Source: Camelus dromedarius
Taxonomy: Eukaryota
Assembly: GCF_036321535.1 (NCBI RefSeq)
Contig: NC_087436.1
Location: 104,100,001-104,164,000, forward strand
Length of the DNA stretch: 64,000 nucleotides
Direction: 5' to 3'
The first letter of the stretch is position 1, and every line of letters starts with the position of its first letter. The position numbers and the translations under genes were made by a program. This document shows, piece by piece, positions 50,665 to 61,454 of this stretch. The notes under the pieces are model-generated. The model did not search any database. It was not told the DNA's origin and saw only the letters and a list, made by a program, of their open reading frames with translations.

Positions 50665-50848
50665 GTAGTGATCCTTAAACCTGAGGTGCACCACAGTCAC
50701 CTGGAGGGCTGGTTAAGACGCAGACTGCTGGATCCCACCGCCAGAAACTGGGACTCAGCAGGTCTGGATGGTGCCTGAGAATGTCCATTTCTAACAAATT
50801 CCTAGGCGAAGCTGATGCTGTTTTTAGCATCCACACTGAGAACCAGTG
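50665..50848. mobile_element. MER5A MITE
   Basis: cacctggagggctggttaagacgcagactgctgg...catttctaacaaattcctaggcgaagctgatgctg. Confidence 0.85.
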
Positions 50849-52699
50849 GGTGAGAGCAGGACGGTAACTCTGGGGCTTTCCAAGGCAGATGGTTCAAGGC
50901 CTGGGTCTTAGAGCCCTTAAGAAGTTCCTCTAATTTATTGGATGCTTAAGGCTGCCAGAGGGCCCCATCCTGCCGATGGCCACTCCTCAACACACAGGGC
51001 TGTTCCTCCACTTGTCCCGGGCTTCCCTCTAGAGTGGCGTCCTCCTCTGCTCAATTGGTTAATTAGCTACCCCCCCAGATGTGGTTTCACAAGGCCAATT
51101 ACTTACCAGCCAGGAAATTTCTTCTTTTGTTTCTGCCTTCAAATGCCTACATTTAAATAGCGCCCCCAAGGGCGTGTCACCAGGCTTGGGGAAGCGAAAG
51201 GAACTTCAGTCTCCTGAGACCAGTCACGGGAGACCAGAGGCAGATCTGAGAGGCTGGGTCCAACCTCTGGCCCCTTAGTCGCTGCGACAAGAGTCTGCTG
51301 ATGTTGTTGGCCCCCTCGTCTGGGGATGAAACATTTCCTTGGCTCCCCTTTGGGGAAAAATAAGGATTAATTATGCTCTCAGGAGAGAGAAGAAACTGCT
51401 CAGCCTTTAAGCTACATTAACTCCTTTAGGTCCCAGACTGACTTTCTCCAGATCCTTAGAAACTGGCAGGAAATTAAAGAAAGTCTCAAGAAACTGGGCG
51501 GGGTGGGGGGCGCTGGTGGGAGGAAGGGTATTGCCGAGGTTAAACAGGTTGTGATCTGATGTCTAGTTTTATCTGGCAAGTGGTGAAATGCCTTGTAAGT
51601 AGTGCTCAGAAAAAATGTCAAGGAACAAGCCCCAAATTAAAACCACGGGACAATCCCAGTGCAGAAAGAGTCCCCTCCTTGGCTGCCTTCGCACTAGATG
51701 TCCTAAGGTCTGTTTTTCCCTTCCCTCTCCATTGTCTTTTTTTTTTTTTTTTTTTCCTGTCAAGCCTTGAGAAAAGTACATTAGTTTGCTCCATGGTACA
51801 GGTTAGTTTTTGGCTTCTGGAATTTTGGGTAAGCATCCTACCATCTTAAAACAGGGTCAGTTAAGGCTGCCAGGGGGATTCCTCAGGCCAGAGGGAAGCC
51901 CTTACTCAGACTTCGCTTCACAGACACCCATCCCCATCCGGCCACAGGCCAGGGGATTTGGGTCAAAATGGGGCCACAGCCGAACCCAACACGGGCCTGC
52001 CTCATGCTTGGCAAGTCCCACGCAACCTGCAGATGACAGGGAGAGAAATATGTAAATTATAAGCTGGAGCGAGGACAGTGCGTGTTAAGTCCTGCCAAGC
52101 TGCAGTCGTTAGACCAAATCTTGCATGTCGTGAGTGGAGCCAGCATGAACAAACAAACCATGTTCTGTCATGCTGCGGCTCCCGGGCGCTCATCCCCGTG
52201 GCCGTCATCCTCCTGGCTTGAGTTCCTCAGCGTCTCGGCCTGAGCTTTTGCAGTTTTGACTCAGTCTAAAGCCAAGTAAGCCCTCAGGGGACCGAGCAAG
52301 TGCCTCGGGGACTGCTAGTGGGCCTGGACACAGGACCCCTGGAAAAGTGAGGGTGTGCTAGGGAAAGGGAAGGTAGACAGCCCGTGAAGGCTGTGGAAGG
52401 GAGAAATTTGAGCTTGCACGAGCCCTGCCCCGGGGCCCCAGCACAGCGACGACGTGAGGCCGGCTGGCCCACTCAGCCTGGCCAGGTTTGGCGCCCAGCC
52501 CAGCCCCAGGTGTGAAGCAACCTCCTGGAAGGTCCTGGAAGAGCCTGCAGCAACCCCTCCTCTGCTCCCCGGGTTCCTTATTTCGTCTCACTCAGAGACA
52601 AGCAGGCCAGGATGGTGCCTGAGATCAGCTTGCCTTCATTCTGTGCTGTTTGTACTTACTGGTGTTGTTGAAGGAACCCCCAGATCGTTTCATTTTGCT

Positions 52700-53300
52700 C
52701 CAGAAATTCCTGGGAGCAGAAGCATCTGTCACTTGGGAAACTTGTTAAAAATGCACAATCTCTTTGGGATTGGCTGATACAAACTATGATGGACAGAACA
52801 GATAAACAACAGGTCCTACTGTATAGCACAGGGAATTAATTATATTCAAAGGCTGGTAGTAGCCTGTAACGATAGAGAATATGTGTGTATATATGTGTAT
52901 ATACACACATACATATATATAACTGAATCACTGCGCCGTATACCAGAAACATACAACATTACAAATCAAAAAAAAAGAAAGAAAAAAAAGAACAACACAC
53001 CATCATGTTATACACCTAAAAAATTTATTGAAAAGTAGGTACAAGTTTTTTAAGCCATAATGGTGAAGTTTGATGCTAAGAAAACGCTGATACACTTAGT
53101 ATCTGTCATCGCCTTAGTGTTGCCATCGCTTCATGAAGCAAGTAGTAATAAATCTGAATTTTTACAGTTGGGAAAATAACAACAAAGGAAAAGAAATGCA
53201 GAATATCAGGCCCCACCCTGCATCCACTAAGTCAGCATCTGCCATTTAAGATGCTCCCAGGTGATTCCTAGGAACATTAATGCCTGAAAAGCATGGCCTT
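52700..53300. mobile_element. MER5-family MITE interrupted by an L1 insertion
   Basis: Left part cacttgggaaacttgttaaaaatgca; right part agaaatgcagaatatcaggccccaccc...cccaggtgattc. Confidence 0.8.
52763..53191 (+). mobile_element. 5'-truncated L1 with a 3'-transduced segment
   Basis: L1 3' UTR 52763-52967, A tract from 52968, unique DNA, AATAAA 53147-53152, second A-rich tail 53173-53191, and a 16-bp TSD (13/16). Confidence 0.85.
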
Positions 53301-53302
53301 GA

Positions 53303-53473
53303 GCACTGGTTCCCAAACTTGGCCGCAGTTTTGGGGAGTTTTAAAATATGCTGATGCGTGGGCTCCGTCCTGAGAGATTCTGACTCATTTGGTGGACTTT
53401 GTGGCCTGGGTATCAGGATTTTTAAAGGATTCCAAGGTGATTCTAACATGCAGTAAAAGTTTGAGAACTATTG
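53303..53473. mobile_element. MER5-family MITE
   Basis: cactggttcccaaacttggc...agagattctgactcattt...aggtgattctaacatgcagtaaaagtttgagaactattg. Confidence 0.85.
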
Positions 53474-53503
53474 CATAAAATACCTTCAGGTTTTTCTCCT
53501 AGA

Positions 53504-53669
53504 TCAGTGCTTCTCAAGTTTTAATGTCACAGGAATCATCAGGGCATCTTGTAGAAATTCAGATTCTCATTCAGTAGTCCTGAAGCAAGGGCGGTTCTGA
53601 AGCAGCCCTAATTAGCTCCCAGGTAATGCCAATGCTGCTGGTCCAAGGACTTGACTTTGAGAAGCAAGG
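53504..53669. mobile_element. MER5A1-like MITE
   Basis: cagtgcttctcaagttttaatgt...ctcccaggtaatgccaatgctgctggtcca...actttgagaagcaagg. Confidence 0.85.
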
Positions 53670-53924
53670 TTTTAAGACAGATGCGGGCGACCATTGGAAA
53701 GAAAGGCAGTGAATTAACAGGGAAAATCCAATTGTGACACATCGGCACCTGGGCTGCAGGGAGAAAGGCCTCAGGAACAAGAGATAAGGAGATGGGCATT
53801 TTAGTTTCCTCCTACAAGCTGTGGAAGTTTGAACAAATTACATAATCTTTCTGATCATCAGTTCTGTTAACTGGAAAATGGAGATAAGAAAGCCCATTTA
53901 ACAGAGCTATATAAAGACATAAGG

Positions 53925-54588
53925 TGACCTGCAATCCTAGGGTTTCCTGTGGAAGAAAACCCAAACAAAGAACCAGGACCGATACTAAACAGTATACGTC
54001 AGTCAAGCCTTTAATCACTTACTGCAAAGTATGAACTGGAGGCTAAGCTGGCGAAAGTACCGCCCTCCTCTTCCATTTTTTCCCCATGAAGTGGCTCCCA
54101 GTGAAGGGCAGGTGGATCACTGCAGACGTGTGGAATTGCCTTAGTGCTCAGGGAGTCCCAAACAAAGGCTCCTGCAATAGTAAGGCCCTGGGGACCAAGA
54201 GGAGCGAGAAGGGGAAGAGATAGGAGTGGAAGGGTACGTAGTGCTGGAATGGGTACCTAGTGCTGAGTTAAGATGGAAGAAGGTGCCAAGTCCTCCCTCC
54301 GCTCACAAGGGGGTCTTGGCAGAGGCACCTGAAGGAGGCCCCCGTGAAGACCCCTGATAAAGGGGCTTCCGTGTGGAGACACCTGGGCTAGGACTGCAGC
54401 TCTGCTTAAGAGCATGGCCAGCCAGGGCAGCCCGCATCTGTGACTGCCCTCCCTTTAAAGCCTGCGGGGCACTTGCTGAGCCTGGTGCAGGGAAAGCAGC
54501 TTTCTCCCTGTGGCCTTTATAATTGCCTGTGAAAAATGTGATGCGTGGGTTTTTGGCCGTGAGCCAGACTCCTCAATAAAAAGATACA
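53925..54588 (-). mobile_element. ERVL solo LTR (MER74/MER73/MER54 group)
   Basis: Minus strand caggagcctttgtttgggactccctgag...gcagtaagtgattaaaggcttgactg matches recalled MER74-like LTRs. TG...CA ends are present. Confidence 0.7.
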
Positions 54589-54685
54589 GAGGTACCAGGA
54601 TAGCCAAGAAAACTTTGAAAAAGAACCAAGTTGGAGGGCTAAAAGTACCTGACATTAAATTTATAGTCATGACTTCAATAACAAA
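54589..54685 (+). mobile_element. Short L1 ORF2 fragment
   Basis: RIAKKTLKKNQVGGLKVPDIK resembles L1 ORF2p RIAKTILKKKNKVGGLTLPDFK. Confidence 0.7.
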
Positions 54686-54709
54686 AAAAGTCTTTTTTAA
54701 TTTATAACT

Positions 54710-55855
54710 GTGAAGTTGTTTGTAATATTTCCTGTAGTTAGTTACAGTATCGCTCTCATTTCTGATATTGGTAATTTTGTCTTTTTCCCCCTGATCAGTC
54801 TGGATAGAGGTTTATCAATTTTATTGATCTTGTCAAAGAACCAGCTTTTTGTTTTATTGACTTTCTCTATTGTTTTTGTTTTCTATTTCATTGATTACTG
54901 ATCTTTTATTATTTCCTCTTTTCCTGCTTATTTTTGGTTTAATTTTTTTTTGCTAGTTTTTTAATGGAGGCTAAGATCACCAATTTGAGAGCTTTCTCTT
55001 TTTCTAATATAGGTATTTATAGCATCAGTTTCCCACTAAATACTCTTTAGCTGCATTCCAAAAATGTCGATATGTTGTGTTTTCATCCAGTTGAAATCCT
55101 TTCTTATTTCCATTTTGATCTAGTCTTTGATCATGAACTATTTAGCAGCATGTTATTTTCCAAATTGTTCAAGTTTTTTTCTAGATATCTGTTATTGATT
55201 TCCAATGTAATTCCACTGTAGTCAGAGATCATATTTTATGTAGCTTGAATCCTTTTAAATTTGTTGAGACCAAAATACTATTTGGCCTAATGTTCTATAT
55301 TCATAAAAACTTTGTGTGCACTTGAAATGAGTGTATTTTGCTGTCATTGGATGGAGTGCCCTACAAATGTAGTTAGATGAAGTGGTTAATAATATTCCTT
55401 AATATCTTGATTTGTCTGCCTATTTTTTCTGTAAATAGTTGGTAGAGGGGTGTTGAAGTCTCTATAATTATACATTTGTCTATTTTTCCTTGCATCTCTA
55501 TCAGCTTTGCTTCATATATTTAGAAAGTGTTGTGTGTATAAACATTTAGGACAGTTACACCTTTTTGATGAGTTCACCTTTTATCACTACGGTAGTGCTC
55601 TTTACTTTGAAATTTAAGTTTCTGTTATTAACACAGGTTACTTCTGATTCATGTTAGCAAGCTGTCTCTTTTTTCATCCTTTTACTTTTAACCTAAATAT
55701 GCTTTCATATTAAAATGGATTGATTGTAAGAACTATATAGTTAGGCCTTGTTTTTTTAATCTAATCTGAAAATCTTTGCTTTTTAATTGAAATATTTACA
55801 TTTAAATCTTACATTTAATGTGATTATTGATTTGGCTGAATATTTTTCTATTTTC
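54710..55855 (-). mobile_element. Old L1M ORF2 5' region (endonuclease side)
   Basis: tagaggtttatcaattttattgatcttgtcaaagaaccagctttt...gaggggtgttgaagtctc. Confidence 0.85.
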
Positions 55856-55869
55856 TATTTCTAATTAAA

Positions 55870-56520
55870 ATTTTAAAAATTTTTATTGAAGCATAGTTGA
55901 TTTACAATGTTAGTTTCAGCTGTACAGCAAAGCAGTTCAGTTATACACATGTATTTTTTCTTTTCAGATTCTTTTCCATTATATATTATTACAAGAAATT
56001 GAGTATAGTTCCTTGTGCTATACAATAGGTCCTTGTTGTTCGTCTGTTTTATATATAGTAATATGTATCTGTTAAGCCCAAACTCCTAATTTATCCCTCC
56101 CCCACTCTTTCTCTTTTGGTAGCCAGTGTGTTTTCTATGTCTGTGAGTCTGTTTTGGGTTTGTAAATAGAATTTGTATTTTTTTTTTTTTTAGATTCCAC
56201 ACACAAGTGATATCATATGATATTTATCTTTCTCTGTCTGACTTACTTCACTTAATATGATAATCTCTCATGTTGCTGCAAATGACGATGTGGCATTCTT
56301 TGTTATGGCTGAGTAATATTCCATTGTGTATATGTGTGTCTGTGTTTGTGTGTGTGTGTGTGTGTGTGTATGACATCTTCTTTATTCTTCTTTATCTATT
56401 CACCTGTCGATGGACACTTAGGTTGCTTCCATGCCTTGGCTATTGTAAATAGTGCTGCTATGAACATGGAGATGTGTGTATCTTTTTGAATTAGAGTTCC
56501 CTCTGGATATATGTCCAAGA
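55870..56520 (-). mobile_element. 5'-truncated lineage-type L1 3' UTR, with a (TG)n tract at about 56347-56369
   Basis: tttattgaagcatagttgatttacaatgttagtttcag...gatggacacttaggttgcttccatgccttggctattgtaaatagtgctgctatgaaca. Confidence 0.92.
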
Positions 56521-56803
56521 TCAAGTTTCTGGCAAGGCAAGTTTCATTCTAAGACCTCTTCCCTTGGCTTGTAGGTGGCTGCTATATCTCTGTGTGCTCA
56601 CATGACCTTTTCTTCCTCCTGCTGGAGAGAGAGGTCTGGTTTCTTTCTCTTCTTATAAGACACTAATCCCACTGGGGGCTCCACCCTCATGACCTCATCT
56701 AAGCTAATTACCTCCCAAATGGCTCATCTCCTAATACCATCACGTTCTGTATTAGGGCTTCAACATATGAATTTGGGAGCAATACAAACAGTCAGTTAAC
56801 AAC
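56513..56803 (-). mobile_element. Truncated MLT1A-type LTR
   Basis: cttcttataagacactaatccc...ccaccctcatgacctcatctaagctaattacctcccaaa...ttcaacatatgaatttggg. Confidence 0.88.
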
Positions 56804-57149
56804 CACCTTGGACAGAAGCGGAAGTCTTCTTAAACTGTGTTTTGGGAAAGACTAAATCTGCCAGATGTTAATAGCATGTGTTATATATACCATACTGAGA
56901 AACTTTGGACTAAGCAGTTATTCAGGTCATTAATTGCAAGAATTCTCAGAGTCTCTAATGCCTTAGTGTACAATATAAATCTCCAAAAGGAAGATACAGC
57001 ATTAAACAATTCCCAAATGTATTGATCATGAAACCCTAAAAATGGCGGAGGCTTTTGATGGGTCCTGTTATTCTGGGCTTGCTATTTTTTGCATGACTAT
57101 GTACCTATTCATTCTATATCCCTTGAGGAAAAGAACAGTTTGCTTTCTA

Positions 57150-57335
57150 ATTCATAGTTAAAGTGTTTAATGTGAAATGTTTTATACATATTATGTCATT
57201 TAATTTTCAGAGTAACCAGCCCTATTTGGTCCTGATTAGCATTTTATAGGTAAAGAAATTAAGCCTTATAAAAGTTGGTTAATTTTACCAAGGTCACGTA
57301 GCTAGCAAATGGTGGAGCTGGGTTACAAGTCCATG
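57150..57335 (-). mobile_element. MIR SINE
   Basis: cattttataggtaaagaaattaag...ccaaggtcacgtagctagcaaatggtggagctggg. Confidence 0.7.
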
Positions 57336-58699
57336 TTTAATAGAATATAAACAAAAATAGGGGATACTGAATAAATAAAAAATAAACAGAGCCAAAGATC
57401 ACCAGAAAAAAATGTGGGACACTGGGAAAATATTTGTTTTCAACAGTGGTGCCCATTCTCTCTGTCTTCAGCATAGGAGTTACTAATATGCATGGTTCTC
57501 CACAAAGCACAGGTATAGGAACCCTCGCCCTCCCTTCCAGCAATCTCCCTCACATGGAATAGGTGTCTGGCAGTTCCTTGGAGTAGAGAGTCCTGAGGGT
57601 AACGCTGGGAGGTGTCCTCACAGTCATTGTGTGTGGTAGTAAGAGAAGTCTTACTAATGTAGAAGTAAGGTAAGGTCAGTACTCTTTGGATGAGGCCACT
57701 GACCTTGTTCTAGGGCTGGAGTCCTGGGCTGGCCTTCTGTCCAGGGGAGTTCCTGGCCCTTGTACAGTGCCCCCTTACAACACTTGTGTACTTGGCCACC
57801 CACTTGGCAATGTCAGATCTTTCAGAGTTGGGGTCCTACGGGCTTGTCCGCAGATCCAAATCTTTCTTCCCATTTGTGTGTTCAGGTCTTCCCATTTTCT
57901 TTTGGATCTCACATGTGAGATACTTAATCATTCAGCCACTTTTCTCCTCCACTCAGGGGGAGAAGCCCATCGACATAGAAAGTAGTATGCTTCTCTTTGA
58001 GGGTAAGGCACACAGTCCTTTGAAAAGTGACATGGGGAAGAGGAAAACCTGCCTATTTCTTCCTATAGTCTTACTATTGATAACCTAATCTTCTCATTCA
58101 TTCATTCTCTCTCTCTCACATACGTACATTCTCTCCATGAGTCAGTCCATCACTGTACACGCTGTGGGTGCAAATTAAATCATGTATTAGACATAACTTG
58201 CTGCTTTCTATTTCATGAAAACATTGCAGTGATTCCATTTATAAAGGAAGGGTCCTTTTATCTGAGCAATTAAAATAATCTATCTAAGCCATGAATAAGT
58301 TGAAACACGAATAAGCAAGAGCCCAAAGAGGGAGAGGAGGACCAAATTCATTTGATAAGAAAAGGAAAAATAGCCAAGGCACCAAACTAGTGCGGTGCTA
58401 GAGCAGAGACAGCCACGACTCCCGCTGTCTGAAGAAGCAGCTGACTATACTTAGACCATGCCAACCCCAGGCTGCCACCGCAGGAAATTGGTCCAGGCCA
58501 CAGCAGCCACCTCTGAGAGGATTAGCCATCCACACATGCCTGTTTATCCCACTCTCCATCAGAATTCCAAGCTTCCTGCTCATCAGTTACTTACCCAAGT
58601 TTCCTCCTTTGTTTTGACCTAATTGCCACCCACCCTTCGTTCCTTTCCCTAGTAAAGTCCTCCCCCTCTGCCTCTTGGAATTCCCAATTCCCAAGGTGA

Positions 58700-59440
58700 G
58701 ATCAATGACCTCCTGTATTTTCCAACCGCTTCTCTGAAGACTGTATTCACCTTTTAACTCAAAGCTGGCTGCATCCTGGGGACACGTATTCTATGCAGCC
58801 GTCTCAGGTGGATTATGTTTTCTCATTTACCCAAAGTGCTCCAGCGCCAGCCTTATGCCTCAATGACAATTTGAGTTTTATTCCCCCTTCTCTCTTGCAA
58901 ACCTCTTCTGCTCCTTTGAGGCTCACACCATCTGACTACCCCACTCTTCTTCCTCCGTGTTATTGTCACTGACTAGTATCCTCTGGGACTTTCTTCCTCA
59001 TTCTCAGTAAAACTAACTTGCGATTCAGTTTTCTTATCTCTTCCCCCATCATCCTTCTTGCTGATTTCAACATGCAGGCTGATGATTCACCCACTACCAC
59101 GAGCTCCTGGTTTCTTGACGTCCTCATTCTCACTGATGTTTTCTTCTACTCCACCTCAGTGATCCACTATGCCTTAGATCTCTGCATCAACCAAAATGAC
59201 ACAATCTCCAAAATTTCAAACGCAAATATCTTATTCTGGCTACAAATATTACCCTTCCAAGGTACTTGCAGAAGTACCCTTTCCTCAAAAGTGCTTTTCC
59301 TTTTTTTGTTGTGACCTTCCATCCATTTTTCTTTATCCATATCTATCATCACCCCCTCCTTACCCTTCATTTCTTCTTTTTGAGCTCATATTCCATGATC
59401 CATCACTATGGCTTCATCCTGAACTTCCTTGCCCTATTGA
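58700..59440 (+). mobile_element. L2 5' ORF2 region (APE endonuclease remnant)
   Basis: ORF 59018-59314 contains PIILLADFN.QADD...SWFLDVL...ALDL, matching the L2/CR1 APE motifs IILGDFN.HVDD...SQFLDLL...TLDL. Confidence 0.75.
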
Positions 59441-59553
59441 ACGAAGGGCGGCAGTCCAATAAATAGCACCTTTCTTCCTGCCGGGGCTCTGAGAACTTGA
59501 GACATAAAAATTAAAATCGACACAAATAAAAGCAGATGAAGATGATGTTCATC

Positions 59554-59744
59554 CACACCTCTACATTTAAAACAGATCAAGGACCTTCTGTAGCACAGGG
59601 GACTGTATTCAATACCCTGTAATAACATACAGTGGAAAACAATCTGAAAAGAACATGTGTGTATGTATAACTGAATCACTTTGCTGTACACCTGAAACAT
59701 TGTAAATCAACTATATTTCAGTAAAAAAAAATTAAAAAAAAAAA
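59554..59744 (+). mobile_element. Short L1 3' end with poly(A)
   Basis: caaggaccttctgtagcacagggg...actgaatcactttgctgtacacctgaaac...A tail. Imperfect flanks tgatgttcatc/tgatgtatcatc. Confidence 0.88.
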
Positions 59745-60574
59745 CTGATGTATCATCTTTCTTACTGATAAAGCTAATCCCACGGAATGTGACTTACTTT
59801 TTCAGCAAAGACAGGAGTTTCAAAACTGTGTCTTAGACTTACCCTCTCTCTGATGAACTGCAGTCACCCCTGTCACCCCACTTTCTCCCATACCACGGGA
59901 CCCGGATTTTCTGAAGCTAGGACATAGAGGAACAGTGCGGAACATATGTTTGCTGTGGGCTGCTGGATCCCAAAAGAAAGATGAGAGAAAGGAGTTGGCT
60001 TTGCATGCCCACTCATTGCTCCCAACCTCCTTATCTGTCTGTCTATCTATCTATTTTTTTTAGAGAGGAATAGTTTTCATTCAGGCCAAGGAGCCTTTAC
60101 AAGTAAGTCAACCAAAAAATCAGGGATAGGGGGTGGGGATGGCAGACATGTTAAGTCATGTACATTTTATTTCTAGTCCCTAAATTGTTAAGGCACCTCA
60201 TTTCCAACTTAAAAAAATCACACAAAATGCCAGCCTCATCAGTATAATTCACTCCTCTCACTAGCGGAGTCTCCCCACGTGGAAGGAGACCTTAAGACAC
60301 GGCTACACACTTCCCCCGGCACCTCTCTTCCTCCGTGACACCTGCCTTATAAAAGCCCAACTTTCTGGTGTCTTTCTCCTGTCAGTACCAGGGCAGTAGA
60401 AGGTAGTCTTCAAAATACTTTCACGAATTTTATTTTATTTGGATATTATAAAAGCCACATGAGAGGAACTGGACAGGGAGAGTCACCTATTTTATAGGTA
60501 GGAGAACTGAGGCAACGTGAACTCACTGTCAGAGGTTCCAGGTGACGGGTAAACCCAAGTAATCTGAGAGGAGG

Positions 60575-61040
60575 TGGATTCATTTCCTGTTGACACTGTA
60601 ATGAATTACCACACACTTAGTGGCTTCAAACAATACACATTTATTATCTTACAGCTCTGGAGGTCAGAAGTCCTAAAATGAAGGTGTTGACAGAGCTGAG
60701 TTCCTTCCAGAGGCTCTAGGGGAGAATCCATTTCCTTGCTTTTTCCAGTTATTAGAGGCCACCTGCATTCCTTGGTGCATGACCCCTTCCTCCATTTTCC
60801 AGTGGCATAGCATCTTCAAATCCCTCTCTGGTTCTCACACTCCCACCTGCCTCCCTCTTTCCCTTATAAGGACCCTTGTCATTACACTGGGCCCACCTGA
60901 TAATCCAGAAGACTAGCCCCAGCTCAGTTCCTTAATCTAATCACATAAGCAAAGTGCCTTTTCTCACGTAAGGGAACGTTCACAGGACTCGGGGACTGGG
61001 ACATGAAAATCTTTGGGGGATCATTATTTTTCCCACCATA
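60575..61040 (-). mobile_element. MLT1D solo LTR with perfect 5-bp TSD
   Basis: aattaccacacacttagtggctt...gaggctctaggggagaatccatttccttg. The TSD ggagg occurs at 60570-60574 and 61041-61045. Confidence 0.92.
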
Positions 61041-61454
61041 GGAGGGATGGCACCATTACTTCAAAAAACAGGTGTTAGTATTCTATTTCCATAAGAAATA
61101 GTCTCACCACATTTGTTACTGTAAAAGCAAACGTACAAATACATATAAACAGTTGACGTAATACAAAACAACTGTGTAATTAACATAACAAAGACATTAG
61201 TAATACCCGAGGCCAACTGCTTGAAGTTGAAAGAATGATCTGAAACGGCCATTTGGATCATCGACAACATAAAGCTTGGTGAAGTTATCTTGACCGTGTA
61301 TCAGTGGGTCTCCCCACCTCATCCTGAATGTCTCACTTCCTCTCACTGTTTTATCCCTAAACTGGTCAAACTAGTACACTGATCTATATTTAAAATATTG
61401 CACTTACTCAAGAAAGAAGTACATTTAATTTAAAACGAGGTGAGCTGCAACGCT

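Noticed and set aside
54589..55855. Twin-priming inverted L1
   Set aside because: The fragment order and the lack of a tail or TSD do not fit the twin-priming structure. Two unrelated fragments are more likely.
57440..58090. Possible ancient LTR or ERV-internal fragment
   Set aside because: I could not match it to any family or find termini, so it is left unannotated.
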